A DNA stretch of 64,000 nt from Phoronis australis (GCA_002633005.1 NMRA01000279.1:321233-385232); one strand, 5' to 3'. Positions 52,101 through 64,000 are shown, numbered from the stretch's first letter. The notes: generated by a model from the sequence alone, not told the origin. Made by a program: numbers and translations.

Positions 52101-52535
52101 CATTTGGAAAAAATTATTTTTCTACACTGCATTGTTGAGGTGCATTAATTTGTGTTGCAGAAATAATGATTTCTGTTTTATATTAATTTTGAAAAAAATG
52201 TAATTTTCTGAGATTGCAAATAAAATGTTTTGAGTTGCTCACAAACTTTACAGTCAGGTCGTGCGAGTTGAAACAAAGATAAGTTAAATTCACGCCCTAT
52301 CACAACACACCATCATAACTGAAAGTCCTACCACGAAAACCTATGCCACAAAAAATAACGAGCGAGAAATGATTCACATTTAATGTTCCAAAAGCAATGT
52401 ATTCGAACAAAATTTTCACAGCAGACAAATGGGTTTGGGCATTAGTAACAAATGATGACACTCCGTTTAAATTTCTTTGCTTTGTTTCAAGACTACCCAC
52501 ACCTCAGCTGTATGCTATGTAGAAAAGCAAAACGA

Positions 52536-55500
52536 TCACCCTTTAAATTGAATATAAGCCAACAAGGGAAGGTGATCTGAGGGAAACTTGGCATTCGGCA
52601 AGAGAACGCTCTCGTTAATGGCATCCATTGGTGGAATGTCCAGCACCGCTGTGGCACGAAGGGTCTTGGAACTGAGCCACAAGTAATCGAGGCATTCTGA
52701 GAAAACATCTGTCGATCCCGGCAATGGAACGTCCAGATTGGTCGTCTTTGGTTCATGACCCTGAAACAAGTTATTTGTGAATAAAATTACAGTTGTAGAG
52801 CAAACATGGTTATTGTAACACAAAACGGCCATGATGTAATCCTAGACATCTTAATGACTAAACTGGAAATGCTAGCGTCACCGCCCATCAAGAGTAAAAA
52901 TGTAAAAGCAAAGTAAATATTCATAGACTGGGCAATCTGGAGACCTGTGGTTCGATTCCCAGTTGGGGGTTTCTGATTTTTCTGTGTTTATTTGATATAA
53001 AAACAATGCATTAGATAATAGTAGTGTCAAAGCCATCACTTCAATCTCACATGGACATCACTTCGCATGTCAACCAAAAAACAAAGATTCTGGATTTCAA
53101 CCATCCCAACTAAGAGTGTTGGCTACTTGTGATGGTCAACTATGCCGAAATTGCATTAAGAGGAATATACTTAGGTTAATTAAATTGAGGAACATAAAAG
53201 TTGTAGCACGCATGGGCCCCAGGGAATTTTGCTAAGTATACGTGCGTATACTGAGTAATCAATTTGCCAAAATTAAATGATTGATCAAAATGTCTGTGAC
53301 TACTGAGTGCAATTCAGTACCAAAAGCTGGTTAAAGCAACAGTGTACCATGTACTTACATCGCTCTATACGTGCCAACGGACACTTAATGCGAGTACAGC
53401 ACACAAAAGAAACCCGTATGTATTACTTGTGCCTTAACCCAGGTTTGCGGCCACACAGGAATTTGAGAGGGGCACAAGTTACCCCACCTCTATAAGGTGG
53501 AGTAAGTTGTCACAAATGAGGTAAGTTGCACTAGTTTAACTAGCGTCCACACAGTCACCACACCTGGCAACAATTCGTTTTAGGAGTACCTTGTTCCACG
53601 GTAAGTCTGTGTGTGAAAGGCACAATAGACTTACCATTACGGATGAATAAGCGCTGACCAGTTGAGTGGTGATTTGGAAGTGCTGCTCCATCAGCTTACA
53701 GAAACTGTCTTCATTCTGTAACACACATGTCAACTTATAACTGACATCACGTAACCAGTTTGGGCTATTCAGAATTCATGGGGAGTAATAAAACATTATC
53801 TTCTCATCCAGGACCATAAACCTTTTGTTCAGCTGAGTTTACTGACACAGGTCAACTGAGATAGTTGTATGACTAAGAACAAGGTTCACAAAGAAGTACT
53901 TTCACTGACCTTGCAAATCCATTTAAACAGGCCTATTGTGTGTGAAGGTCACCCAGAATTTAAAAACATTCCCAAAATTCTTAGCCACCATGGGGACTAG
54001 TTACACCCTCCAAGCCCACAATGCTGGTCATCAAACACATTTTACGATAACTCACATAACATGGCACATGTTCAACTTTCACTCTTGTTATCTTCCTGCC
54101 TTGTAGAAACTCGTACGCAGGGTAGTTTACAGGAGTGTTGAAGTCTCCAACAAGCAGGTGAGGCACATGTAGGTCACCAGCGAACTTCACCAATTCACTG
54201 GCAGCACAGCTCACCTGGAGTTAAAAATACACTTGTGGGGGAAAATTAGCAATCACAATCTCTTCCACTACCATCATCGCCATTATGATCATCATCATAA
54301 ACAGAAACGTGGAGTTCAGATGAAGACCTATTCGTACATGTACATGCCGTTTTACATTACGCACATGTGCAGTGGAATGAGAATCTTGATTGACTCAGTG
54401 ATCAGCCAGTCGGGATACAGTCGTGTTGTCATCAGTTTTGACAGTGGCAAACCAATGTTTACATAGTCCAGCTCTCTTATTGTCTGCTTTCATCTGATAA
54501 GATCACTGACCTAATGTGGCAATTATGTTGTAAACCGATACTTAAAAATACTATTTGGAAACGACTTTCAACAAATGTTGTGAAACAGATGTGTGTGATG
54601 AAATACTTTCACCAAAAATCTTCGAATGGAGAAAAACGGTTGACTTTCAGAGAAATTAGATTTAACTTTCACTTGTTGATTCCTTTGTCTGAATAAGATC
54701 TGACTAGCTCAACCACAGTGCTGTGTACCAACACAAAAGGCAACTTTAATCGAGCATGATTCTAGATTAGATCGTGATAGTGGAAATTTCTTTGATTTTT
54801 ACACTTCAGGAGAACGGTACGTAATGTCTTCAATTCTAACCATCATTCGGTCACTGAGGAATGAAAAGCAGCCTGACAGAACAAACAAAAGCATCCAATG
54901 AGAATCGAATACACATGGGTTCATGAGTTCAGAGCAATGGGACTGTGGAAAACAATTTGCCAACTACACAATTGAATTTCCTAAAAAATGTGGCTACCTG
55001 TAACAGTTGTATGTCTGGTCTGCAAAGTAGTCCCCACATCACATGTAGATTCCCCACACAAATAGTTCTATTTGTTGTCAAGCAACGGAGTCTAAATAAT
55101 AGCACTATCTGATCATACATGTGCAGTTCACTTTGGAGTCTTTCTTTGTCCTCTGATTTCAAGTCCACGTCCTGGAATGTAGAGAAGTACTCAAATCATG
55201 GACTAAACAAATCTTTAAGGTAAATTGTGAGCAAAAGTGAAACAGATACTATGAACAAGAGCAATGCAGAGCATTGATATCCACACATCATGTGCACTGT
55301 AGATAGCGCATATACAAAACACGATCACTATTTTAAACATTACCAGTAAACTGAGCAATGATAGTAAACTTAATAATAGCCTATAGCGGGTGCAAAGCAA
55401 GACGGAAGTATTCTCCTCAATAGGAACATGCTTAGCACCTTCCATCTTAATTGTTCAAGAAGTTTGGAGGACAGGGAAAGAGACGACAAAGGAAACAAAA

Positions 55501-57763
55501 ACAACAGACATGCCCCTAGAAGGTACACCGCAGGTCAAATTCATCTGAAACTTGGTTGGGTGTTGTTGTAAGCACGATAGTAATTAATGAATTTGCCAAA
55601 TGTACAGAACATCCATCAAGGAACTTGATAGATGTCATGGCAAAAACAAAGGAAAACATTAAAATTGCCACTAGGAGACACAGAAATAGTCAAATTTGTC
55701 CCAAAATCCACGCCAGTTGTACTCTCCTCAATAGAAACATGTGCTAAATTTCATAAAGACCCATTAAGGAACTTCTATTGAGCCATACTTAAAAAAAACA
55801 AGATTCCCACAAAAGGACATTACCGCAGTCACACTCATTCAAAAGTCATTGTCAGCATAGAAATTTTGCCCTGGAATGTCAACTCATCACACTGGACAGT
55901 TTAAATGTAGTGACTGTAAAGTGGAAACTATGTGGATCAAATAACAAGATGGCGACTCCTGTAGTCAGATAGCCACGGACAGTTTTAATTTCTCACCTGT
56001 ATTAAAGTATCAGCTATGTTGGCCAGCAGACATGACCTCACGTCCAGCAGTTCAAACTTGTTTCTCTTGAAAGCAATCACAAGTCCTCTACTATCATTCT
56101 TGCTGGTGTATCCTTACAATGAACAACCACACGTTATTACCACGTCACACGTTACATTACAAGTAAAAACATCAATCAACAAGAGCGTTAAGTGACCAAG
56201 ATATTTCAAGTGAGAAAATAAAACAGAGAGCACTGAGAAATATGGATTTAGATACAAGAATAAATCAAGCTCGGACTTGAATACATGAATAAATGACGCA
56301 TGATGTTGAGTAAATCAAGCATGGAGTTTAATTCATCAGTAAATTATGTACGGCCATGTTGAATCCATAGTAAATCTTGGGGTCCATGGGTAAATCCAAG
56401 GTAACATTAAATTACACTATAAGCTGTAAGCAATCTAACAAAAAGGTGACTCGAAATCAATGATTTCAAAAAAAGACTGGATTGAAAGTCAGTTTTGACC
56501 AATGTTTAAGAAATCATCTCAATATTACTTTGATTTTGGCTTCACTGCTTATTCAGTTGTTAAATAATCAGTAAAAAACAAGAGACCCAATAAAGTACTC
56601 GCAATGCAGTCATCTTGTAATCATTAAGACATGGAATACCTTGAGAATTGCTGCTTTTATCAAGGGCTAGACACAGACACTTAATGATTCAACCACTCTA
56701 ACTCTCTCACATTTATTTGGATGTCCAGTTGAAACTGTTTGCACTTACTTTAGCATACCTGATGGTAGACACCAAGTTCTACGATCATAATGACAGTCAG
56801 AGAATCTACATAACCATTGGTTTCAATGGCTACCAGCAGACGAACAGGGGCAAAATTCTAGTCACACATTTACCAATCTTGTTTAAGTCAGCCTCAAGTT
56901 TGTCTTGAAAGTGATGATCTTCTACTTCTTGAAGGCAAATTATGTCCGCATCATATTCTTGTAGTTCTTTCATTATCCTGGGGTGGCGCCACTTGAGGTA
57001 CCTCTCCGATGTACTTAGATGCGTGTAACCATCCTTGATAAACTTGTCCGCTGAAAGTACCACGAAAATTGTTATTTTGGCAACAGTCAGGGGTTCCCAG
57101 ATTTTGAGAACCAGTTTGATGTCTGTTATGTAGTGGAGAAAACTGGTTCTAGAAGTCAGCCCAGTAATTAGATACAATGCATCATTCATCAAAATCACAC
57201 TTAGTCATTTTAATGCATTACAGTTGAGATGTCTGCAAAGTAGTAAACTGAAGGCTTTGCTGAGTCCACTATGCTTCAACTTGCCTATTTCAGTCAGACC
57301 ACAGGTATTTGAGAAACAATATTTCATCCAGCAACACGATTTTTATGATTTTAATCAGTGTGAGCGATAATTGGGCGTATGGAGGGAGTATGGAATGGGC
57401 ACCGTCCGTTTATTATACCAGGTCTGTACGCTAGTAGCGTACAGACCTGGTATAATGTCTACTCCTTACGATGTACCGTCGCCTGGTCTTTGCAACATCT
57501 TTCACACAATGACTGCACTGCAGTTTCACCACAGACAACAGCACGAACAACTATAAGTATTAATACCCTAATTCACTAAAAACGTGTCTTTTACCCAAGA
57601 TATTGTAGGTTACGATACTGAAGGAATGTTTTAGCCAATGTAGGTCATTTTCCATTTCACTTTCTCCTTTATCCACCGATCTCAACTTCCTGGGATGGAC
57701 TGAAAACCCTTCCAGAAGACCTAAGTCAAGTTCGGAGGGCTCTGACACTCTATACAGAGACAT
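52536..57763 (-). CDS. EEP-superfamily (CCR4/Angel/PDE12/nocturnin-like) deadenylase or phosphatase, 366 aa, 7 coding exons
   Basis: Exons 57763-57595, 57050-56874, 56112-55997, 55171-54998, 54214-54056, 53715-53635, 52760-52536 (1101 nt, phases consistent, GT-AG). Motifs FSIVTYNILA, ADIICLQEV, VGNLH, LVGDFN, CLDYLW, PNAKFPSDHLPL all intact; in-frame stop just upstream of the ATG. Confidence 0.88.
52925..52985 (+). mobile_element. tRNA-derived SINE fragment (B box)
   Basis: GGTTCGATTCC at 52949-52959 preceded by AGACTGGGCAATCTGGAG; complements the A-box half at 58839. Confidence 0.45.
55494..55830 (-). mobile_element. HINE-like element fragment
   Basis: GCCCCTAG / GCCACTAGG motifs, AAATTTCAT and AAACTTGG as in the other HINE-like elements, opposite orientation. 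Confidence 0.35.
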
Positions 57764-58838
57764 TATTTAAGGCTGTCATAAATCTAAAAGTTACAAGTAC
57801 AGGTCATATTTTACTGTTGACATGTTTTAACAATCGCATCTCCAAACAGTCAAGGACCCGTGATCCCGACTTGCCCCCTAGCGGTTGTGTTTTGTCGTGG
57901 CTGTACATGAACTTGGAATCCTGTGCCCAGTTCCATGAAACAATCCCCCCAATCTCTGTCTATGACATCATTGAATTTTTCTCTAATCTGTTCAGTGAGG
58001 AAACCTTTTCCAGGAGCAAAAGTGTTCTGACCTTTTTACTCATGTGATTGATGAGAGAGCCACTTGGAAAATACGTCTGCACTGATTCTACCCACATCTG
58101 TGTGCTGTCATTGAAACCCACGTGTTCACAGTTCCAGTGAAGCACTTGAATAGTTTGTTTGTTGGGGTTAACCCAGCTCAACACAGTGGGGTGCTTTGGA
58201 TACTTTAAACTAGGTTTGGATGAACCCGCTCATTGTAAACAAAAGATACATGGAGTGTTGAAATACACCCACGACAACTCCAGTAGTGTTCTTACTATCG
58301 TAAAGATGGCCATTAAACGGCACTGAGAATACATTGAACCCATCGAAAGCAAGACGTAGACTTCTCAGTAAGAACTGAATGAAAATCCTCAAAGGATCTC
58401 TAAGGACAGAGACAGTCGTAACTCAGTTTTTTGAGGAAAAAACAAATTTCCATTCGGAAGCACAGCAGTAATCAATTCATTATTATCTTTAATGTAATGT
58501 AAATAAAAGCAGTGGTTCAGTTGTTTAAAATAGGACTACACGCGCCAAATTATCATTTTACAAGTTGTTAAGTAGAAAAAAACACAGATGTCAAAAAGAG
58601 CAACGAGGAGCGTTCAAATGCGCCCACGATAAGTTTAATGAGTATTTTAGATGCCGCATATTGCGTCACACCCATTCGAATTGAAAAGGTGGCGTCATCT
58701 CTGCAAAACACGGATAACTATTTCCAAATTCAATGAAAATAACTTGGCTGACGAAGACCTATGACATACAAACATAAAAAACAACATTAGGGGATGTAAA
58801 TAAAACAGTTGGTTTTAAACAGTTATTGCACAGATATC

Positions 58839-58878
58839 GGGTCCTCGGTAGCTCAGTTGGAAGAGCACAAGACCGGCA
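58839..58878 (+). mobile_element. tRNA-derived SINE head (A box), truncated
   Basis: GGGTCCTCGGTAGCTCAGTTGGAAGAGCAC resembles a tRNA 5' half but runs into a (CGGCAGAG)n repeat with no T arm. Confidence 0.5.
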
Positions 58879-59042
58879 GAGCGGCAGAGCGGCACACAGG
58901 AATACGTGCACTACATTTCAATGACATGTCAGGTTTGTAACTAAATACTAAGAATCCACTAAGAGTTAGATGTTTAACTAAATCAATTCAAAGGGCATTC
59001 ATGCGCATATTTGCCATACTTTGAAAGTACGCACAAATTAAT

Positions 59043-59348
59043 ATGGGGGTACGTACACTACACAAATGTTTTTATTTCACTCAAAACAACCTAACCTTTT
59101 TAAGGAAGGAAACTGTCTATGACCAATGTTGCTCACTTACCAAGTGATATTTTAATTTCATGGCATTTGTAAACATGGGGGTACGTACACTACATCACTG
59201 TTTCTGCATCACATGGTAACATAATGTTGTATGGCCATTTATTTTTCTTTGGTGATAATAAGCACCATGTTGTTATTTAAAAGGCAATAATTTCATTTGC
59301 AATGACCATTTGTGTTACTGAATTTCACATGGGGGTACGTACACTACA
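59043..59348. repeat. Three identical 20-bp spaced direct repeats ATGGGGGTACGTACACTACA
   Basis: At 59043-59062, 59175-59194 and 59329-59348; degenerate fourth copy at 58903-58915. Confidence 0.85.
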
Positions 59349-62216
59349 TTTTTTCGCCTTTTTGGCCCATTTTCACCATAGCAGAACCCAGTCAATATCC
59401 AAACTTTTGGTTTGTTTAGATATTGAATAATTTGCTGCGTTGCCTAGGCTCACATATTCTACAGTTCTTTTTATTACAGAGTGTAAACTTTAGTTTTTAA
59501 CCCTCTTTACAGTAGGTGAGGGTTAGAAACGCAGAATTTCACAAATTTCGGAACGAGTGCCTGTTCTATGACGAACCCTACCATTTCTCAATGATTAAGC
59601 ACAACTTCGCCTAGGTGATTCTGAAAGTGACTCAAGTTATTCCAAGTCATATCAAAGCAAATGCTTACTTGATAAAATAAATTTCTTTTCTACTGTTGAC
59701 AGTTGAAAATTGTAATTTTTAAAATGGCCACTCGTAACGCGAAAAATGCATGAAATTCTTAGACAAAAACACGCGTAAATTTCTCAGACGTCCGATTTTT
59801 TGCACAACTAAATAAATCTTTGCATTTGAGATTCAGTTTGCATTTGGTCAGTGACCAAAAAGATTATTTTAGACCGTAACACAGTCAACTCTCGAATATG
59901 GACCATGGTTGTGATTTAGCCGTTAGCTAAATATGTGTGTTTTGTGCGTTAGTGTGAGTGCGTGTGTGTGTGTGCGTGTCTGTTACTGTTTTCAATTGTT
60001 GTGCAATGTTTAACTGCAATGTTCCATTCAACTAAAAAAAAACAACAACGGCAACAACAAACGCTGTCGGGTGTTTTTGAGTGCTGCAACTCCCTGTTGT
60101 CAATATTATGTGTGACGAAATCTTTCAAACTGATATTCACTGTCGCTAAGGCAAACTAAATGCCAATTGTCGGAAATTCTGTTCGAAATCAAAATTGCCA
60201 GGCGCAATATATTGACGTTAAATGCCAAGGTAGCATCGTGTCTGCGCACATCGCAAGAGCAGCGTGAGACAACCGACGTCACGTTCTCGCTCAAGTCGTA
60301 TAAAGAGCAAATAATTTCAAAGGCAACGAGGAAAAGAAATTGGACGCCTTCCAACTATTCCGTCTATTTTTTAGTGGTTGTGAATGACTGCCTCCGAACA
60401 AAGGACGTTATATCACGGAAACGACACATTACTATTTTAAATGAGTTTGGAGTCGCTTTCGATGGAGTAGATCTAATTTAAAATGTTGTATTATTATTTG
60501 ATACATCTCCAACTTGATTCAGCTCATTAACGTTTGAAACTTAACAAAAATGTTGATTTCATCAGTTCCCTGTTAACGCGATCAGAAAAGCACCGTCACC
60601 ACGCCATTTCAGGGTTTACAGTGAAGTTTTTACTTCAGAAGTGGCAGCACCCAACTACCGTAAACGTACTACATTGCAGATACACCAATGTTTTTGTAGA
60701 CACGCCAGTGCTCCAGCCTCCCATCTCAGAAAATGGTGACGATTGATATGTGTCATCATACATTATGTTAATGAAATTTCATCCATTGAAAACATCAGGT
60801 TGGTGAAAGGTAGAGAATTTGACCGGGGCTGCCTAAAAACGTAACTTTCTGTTTTAATAGTTTCGCCAAAATATTAATTAATGAATCTAAGTATTTAAGT
60901 AACTTCCTGGTCACGACACCTAGTCCAGTCATGTTCGGCAGAACGGACGAATCAAAAGATTTTTTGAGTATTAAAAAACTTTTGTTAAGCCTTTCATGAT
61001 GATCAAGACAGACACGATTTTATTGTTATTATGTTGTTATTCGATAGGATTCTTTTTAGATAACCCTCAACTCCAATCCAGTTACTTAGACGGCATACAT
61101 GCAATCGACAAAAAACACCTAGAGGATCCAAACATCAAGGAAGCAATGCTTTTGTTTAAAATATCCTTATTATAAGGTGTTTCTTAAGAAACGTGAAGTA
61201 TACCTAATGGAGGCATAATTTGATTGTTAGCAGATCAAGGAAGTCTAAAAGAAGCCCACTCGCATTACAACAAACAAGCACGATACAAAACAATGAAATT
61301 AATACTAAGTATTCTCGCTCATTTGTTGAAACTTGAAAAATTGAATGAAAGCGATATTTTGCAATTGCAAATGTGTACATAATTGAAAAAGTTAACATAT
61401 TAATTATTGTGGAATAGAATACATCACTAATTGCAATTCTGTTCAGGCCCCCTGGTGCTGCCAACTAAACTTGAGTAAGGTGACGAGGGGTGTGAGGGTG
61501 GTACGAATGTATTACAGGATCTCTTCAGAAAGCAACACTCAGCACTGATGAAGATAAACTTATCGAAATATAAACAAATCCTCGACGCACGGCGTCGTAA
61601 GGGCCAGGACACCATGCACATAAATGTACACTATAAAGACAACTGTTGGGTGATGCAATCTCGTGCAGCGTGTTGGTATTTGATGCCTCAGAATCGTCAC
61701 TCCATGAAACGTCAACACGAACAATAAGGGGGATGTCTATTCAATGGAAATTGTGATTTATGTAGGGAAAAACACGTGACTCCAAGTAGTAACGTACGTG
61801 TACTGAGGTCATCGTCATACTACTGCAAAAATTTCGCTTGTATGTGTAGTTATGATGCCCAATAACCGAAATTATGTGTTCCACAAACATAGTTTAGGTT
61901 ACCTCACGGCAGATATTCTTGGTAGAAAGTGACATTATTTCTATTGGTTCTCGTCTTAAAATCCACTACCTTGGTAAAAAATTCAGTAGTATTTCGTGAT
62001 TGCTGTAGGCGACCTTCTTCATTCATTCATTTTTATTGCAAAGATGTTTTGAATGAAATGAATCAGTTTGTCTTTTTTACTTGCTATGTCACGAGCATAA
62101 AAAAATTGTAAAATGTTTTATCTTCTTTGCAATCACCCTGGATGTCAGCACGACTTCAATACAAGAAGTCGTGAGCTCCCGGACCTTCTTCCCACACGAA
62201 CGATCGTCATGAACTC

Positions 62217-62298
62217 TATAAAAACTGCACGTGCGTTACAGTCGGGTCGTCATCTAACGAAGATCTTTGGTTGTTCATGGGATCTTCTGGAGGACACG
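62217..62298 (+). promoter_or_regulatory. Candidate TATA promoter and first exon of the putative antimicrobial peptide gene
   Basis: TATAAAAA at 62217-62224, CACGTG at 62228-62233, Inr-like CAGT about 62239, consensus donor ACG|gtaagt at 62298/62299; an acceptor tttgcag| at 63422 lies 10 nt before the peptide ATG. Confidence 0.5.
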
Positions 62299-62580
62299 GT
62301 AAGTATTTGTGTGAGATTTATTCATTTAATTCAACTTAGGCTCTTTAGGTCAAAAACATTTAGTTGGTTTACTAGTTTACGCGCTATACAGTTTGGAGCT
62401 CTGCGCAAACGTGTGTTTGATGGAGGACTAACAATATGGCTGGCACTGCTGAATAACATTGAACCCCCTTTTTGCAGAAAAAACATATTTTACAAAACAC
62501 ATATACATAGCAAGTGTGCACACTTAGTCACAAATAACAACACTAGATACTAAGTATGATAGGTAGAGATTCTAAATAAA

Positions 62581-62915
62581 ATATGCAAGATCTTCCCACT
62601 TAGTTATGTGTCGCTCCAACTCAAAATTTTGCTTATAAATCAAGTAATCAACTTAAAAATAATCTATGATATAAACCCGTCAGTTATCAAAAATAGGTAC
62701 GGCTTCCTTAAGTTTCTCCCTATATATAAACATTTTTGTTACGCGAAATATGATATCATGTACAAACAAACTTTTATTGCAAAAACCTAACAACACCTCT
62801 TGCGGAAATATTTATATTGTTGTGAAAAATCTGCTTGAGCCAAACTAGTAATTCGTTCCACAAAATTTTAACATATCTACACTCCCAGAACAAATGTACA
62901 ATTGATTCTCCCCTT
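62581..62915 (-). mobile_element. Tx1/L1-type LINE ORF2 3' fragment
   Basis: ESIVHLFWECRYVKILWNELLVWL (zf-RVT HLFxxC motif) then, after a frameshift, EVLLG...IIFRVTKMFIYREK...P...*...ERHITKW typical of the ORF2 C-terminus; in-frame stops. Confidence 0.75.
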
Positions 62916-63432
62916 TTATGAACGTACAAAATTCGGTAGAAAAAACGCAAAACAACAAACAACTGCGCGTTATGTGATTTAGCCACATCCTTAGTTTCCA
63001 TTTCTGTTTGATGTTTTAAATTGGTGAAAGTAAAACAACGGACATCTTCAAATTGTCTAAATTCTCTTGTTTGTCCAGGGTTTTAGAATAATATACCTGT
63101 TGGGATGAAATGACGTGCTGTTTTATTGCCGTTATTAGCAAGCAACATGTCCCACACGAAACCATAATACAAGGACAAACTTGTGAGCAACAAGAAATCG
63201 CACAGTGCACTCAGACACATTGATGGTAGCTTTACCACCCCATAGAAGACGAATGAAACCAATCACAATCACGCTCATAAACCATTCACCATTGTTATTC
63301 TTTCATAACTATTATAACGTATCCTGTTACCACACTACTCATTGTTCATTATAATCGTCTGATCACCATGTTCATCGCCGTCGTCTTCGTTGCCGCCATC
63401 ATTATGTGCTGGCTATTTGCAGTTGAATCAAG

Positions 63433-63558
63433 ATGAACAAGACTATAATCTCCTTTCTCGTCCTCACCGTGCTGTTGAGCGTGGTGGTGGAGAACGACGC
63501 TTGGTTTGTTCGTGTGAGAAGGGTCTGGAGATGGGTCAAACGAAAGGCAGTCAACTAG
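63433..63558 (+). CDS. Putative secreted Trp/Arg-rich cationic (antimicrobial) peptide precursor; may continue in an exon beyond the window
   Basis: MNKTIISFLVLTVLLSVVVENDA-WFVRVRRVWRWVKRKAVN; purine at -3 (AAGATG); acceptor at 63421-63422; ends either at TAG 63556-63558 or at donor TA|gtaagt. Confidence 0.7.
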   Translation: MNKTIISFLVLTVLLSVVVENDAWFVRVRRVWRWVKRKAVN

Positions 63559-63584
63559 TAAGTTCTACATGCACACGTTGGTGT

Positions 63585-63910
63585 CGCTGCCAGGGATATT
63601 CCTGCACAGCGTCTTTGCGCCATTAGTGCATGAAAAAAAAAAAAAAAAATAAAAAGGCACAAGTACACCGCAGCAGTACGTCCCCAGGGTGCATCTTTTA
63701 AAACTCAACACTTACAAAAATGCAAGATTCTAGTCAACTTAGTCGGGTAAAACACGACTGTTCTTATTTCGATTGCTCTTGGTTTTTCTGTTTCATATGA
63801 TACCACTTAAATTACACTAAGTCTACGGGGCACAACTTTTTGAAAAAAGGCACACTTTTCATTATTAGGTGCGCCCAAAGGGCACAGGTTCAAACCTGGT
63901 GAGGAATATC
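63585..63910 (-). mobile_element. Dispersed repeat fragment, inverted copy of 19727-20135
   Basis: Direct sequence match described for 19686-20135. Confidence 0.7.
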
Positions 63911-64000
63911 TTTGCGGTGCAAAACAATGATTGTTGTTTTCAAGTATAATCACGCTCATGCGATACAATGTTCGTCATTTTTCGTTCGACGTTATAACTT

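Noticed and set aside
58839-58915. tRNA gene
   Set aside because: Only the D-arm/A-box half is present; no anticodon or T arm follows. Treated as a SINE head.
59043-59348. CRISPR-like array of 20-bp repeats
   Set aside because: Eukaryotic intron-containing DNA, only three repeats, spacers 112-134 bp and unequal, no cas genes.
61518-61727. Open frame of about 70 codons after a ttacag acceptor
   Set aside because: No recognisable homology or partner exons; cannot be supported from sequence alone.
63368-63626. Hydrophobic mini-ORF at 63368 (MFIAVVFVAAII...) and ORF-track entry 63390-63626
   Set aside because: The first derives from a low-complexity (ATC/GTC) tract in the intron end; the second is an alternative frame over the peptide exon running into a repeat, with no recognisable features.

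Overview
Eukaryotic, intron-rich, AT-rich genomic DNA from a draft assembly of an invertebrate animal (repeat landscape suggests a marine lophotrochozoan; inference only). Four conserved genes can be built exon by exon: the last coding stretch of GNPTAB (+, 3-503); a HIGD1A-like gene (-, 2 coding exons, 114 aa); STK11IP/LIP1 (+, 24 coding exons, about 1362 aa, 19420-49177); and a stand-alone CCR4/Angel/PDE12-family EEP nuclease (-, 7 exons, 366 aa, 52536-57763). At the right end a 41-codon ORF too short for the ORF track (63433-63558) encodes a signal peptide followed by WFVRVRRVWRWVKRKAVN (net +7, three Trp), a strong candidate for an unannotated secreted antimicrobial peptide with a TATA promoter and an upstream first exon. 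Introns hold many transposon relics: a 3.2-kb ISL2EU-type element with decayed THAP and YqaJ-nuclease genes, a Merlin-like MITE with an 8-bp TSD, Helentron/HINE-like elements, hairpin MITEs, SINE and Tx1/L1 fragments. Two near-identical tandem duplications bounded by N gaps are probably uncollapsed haplotypes.
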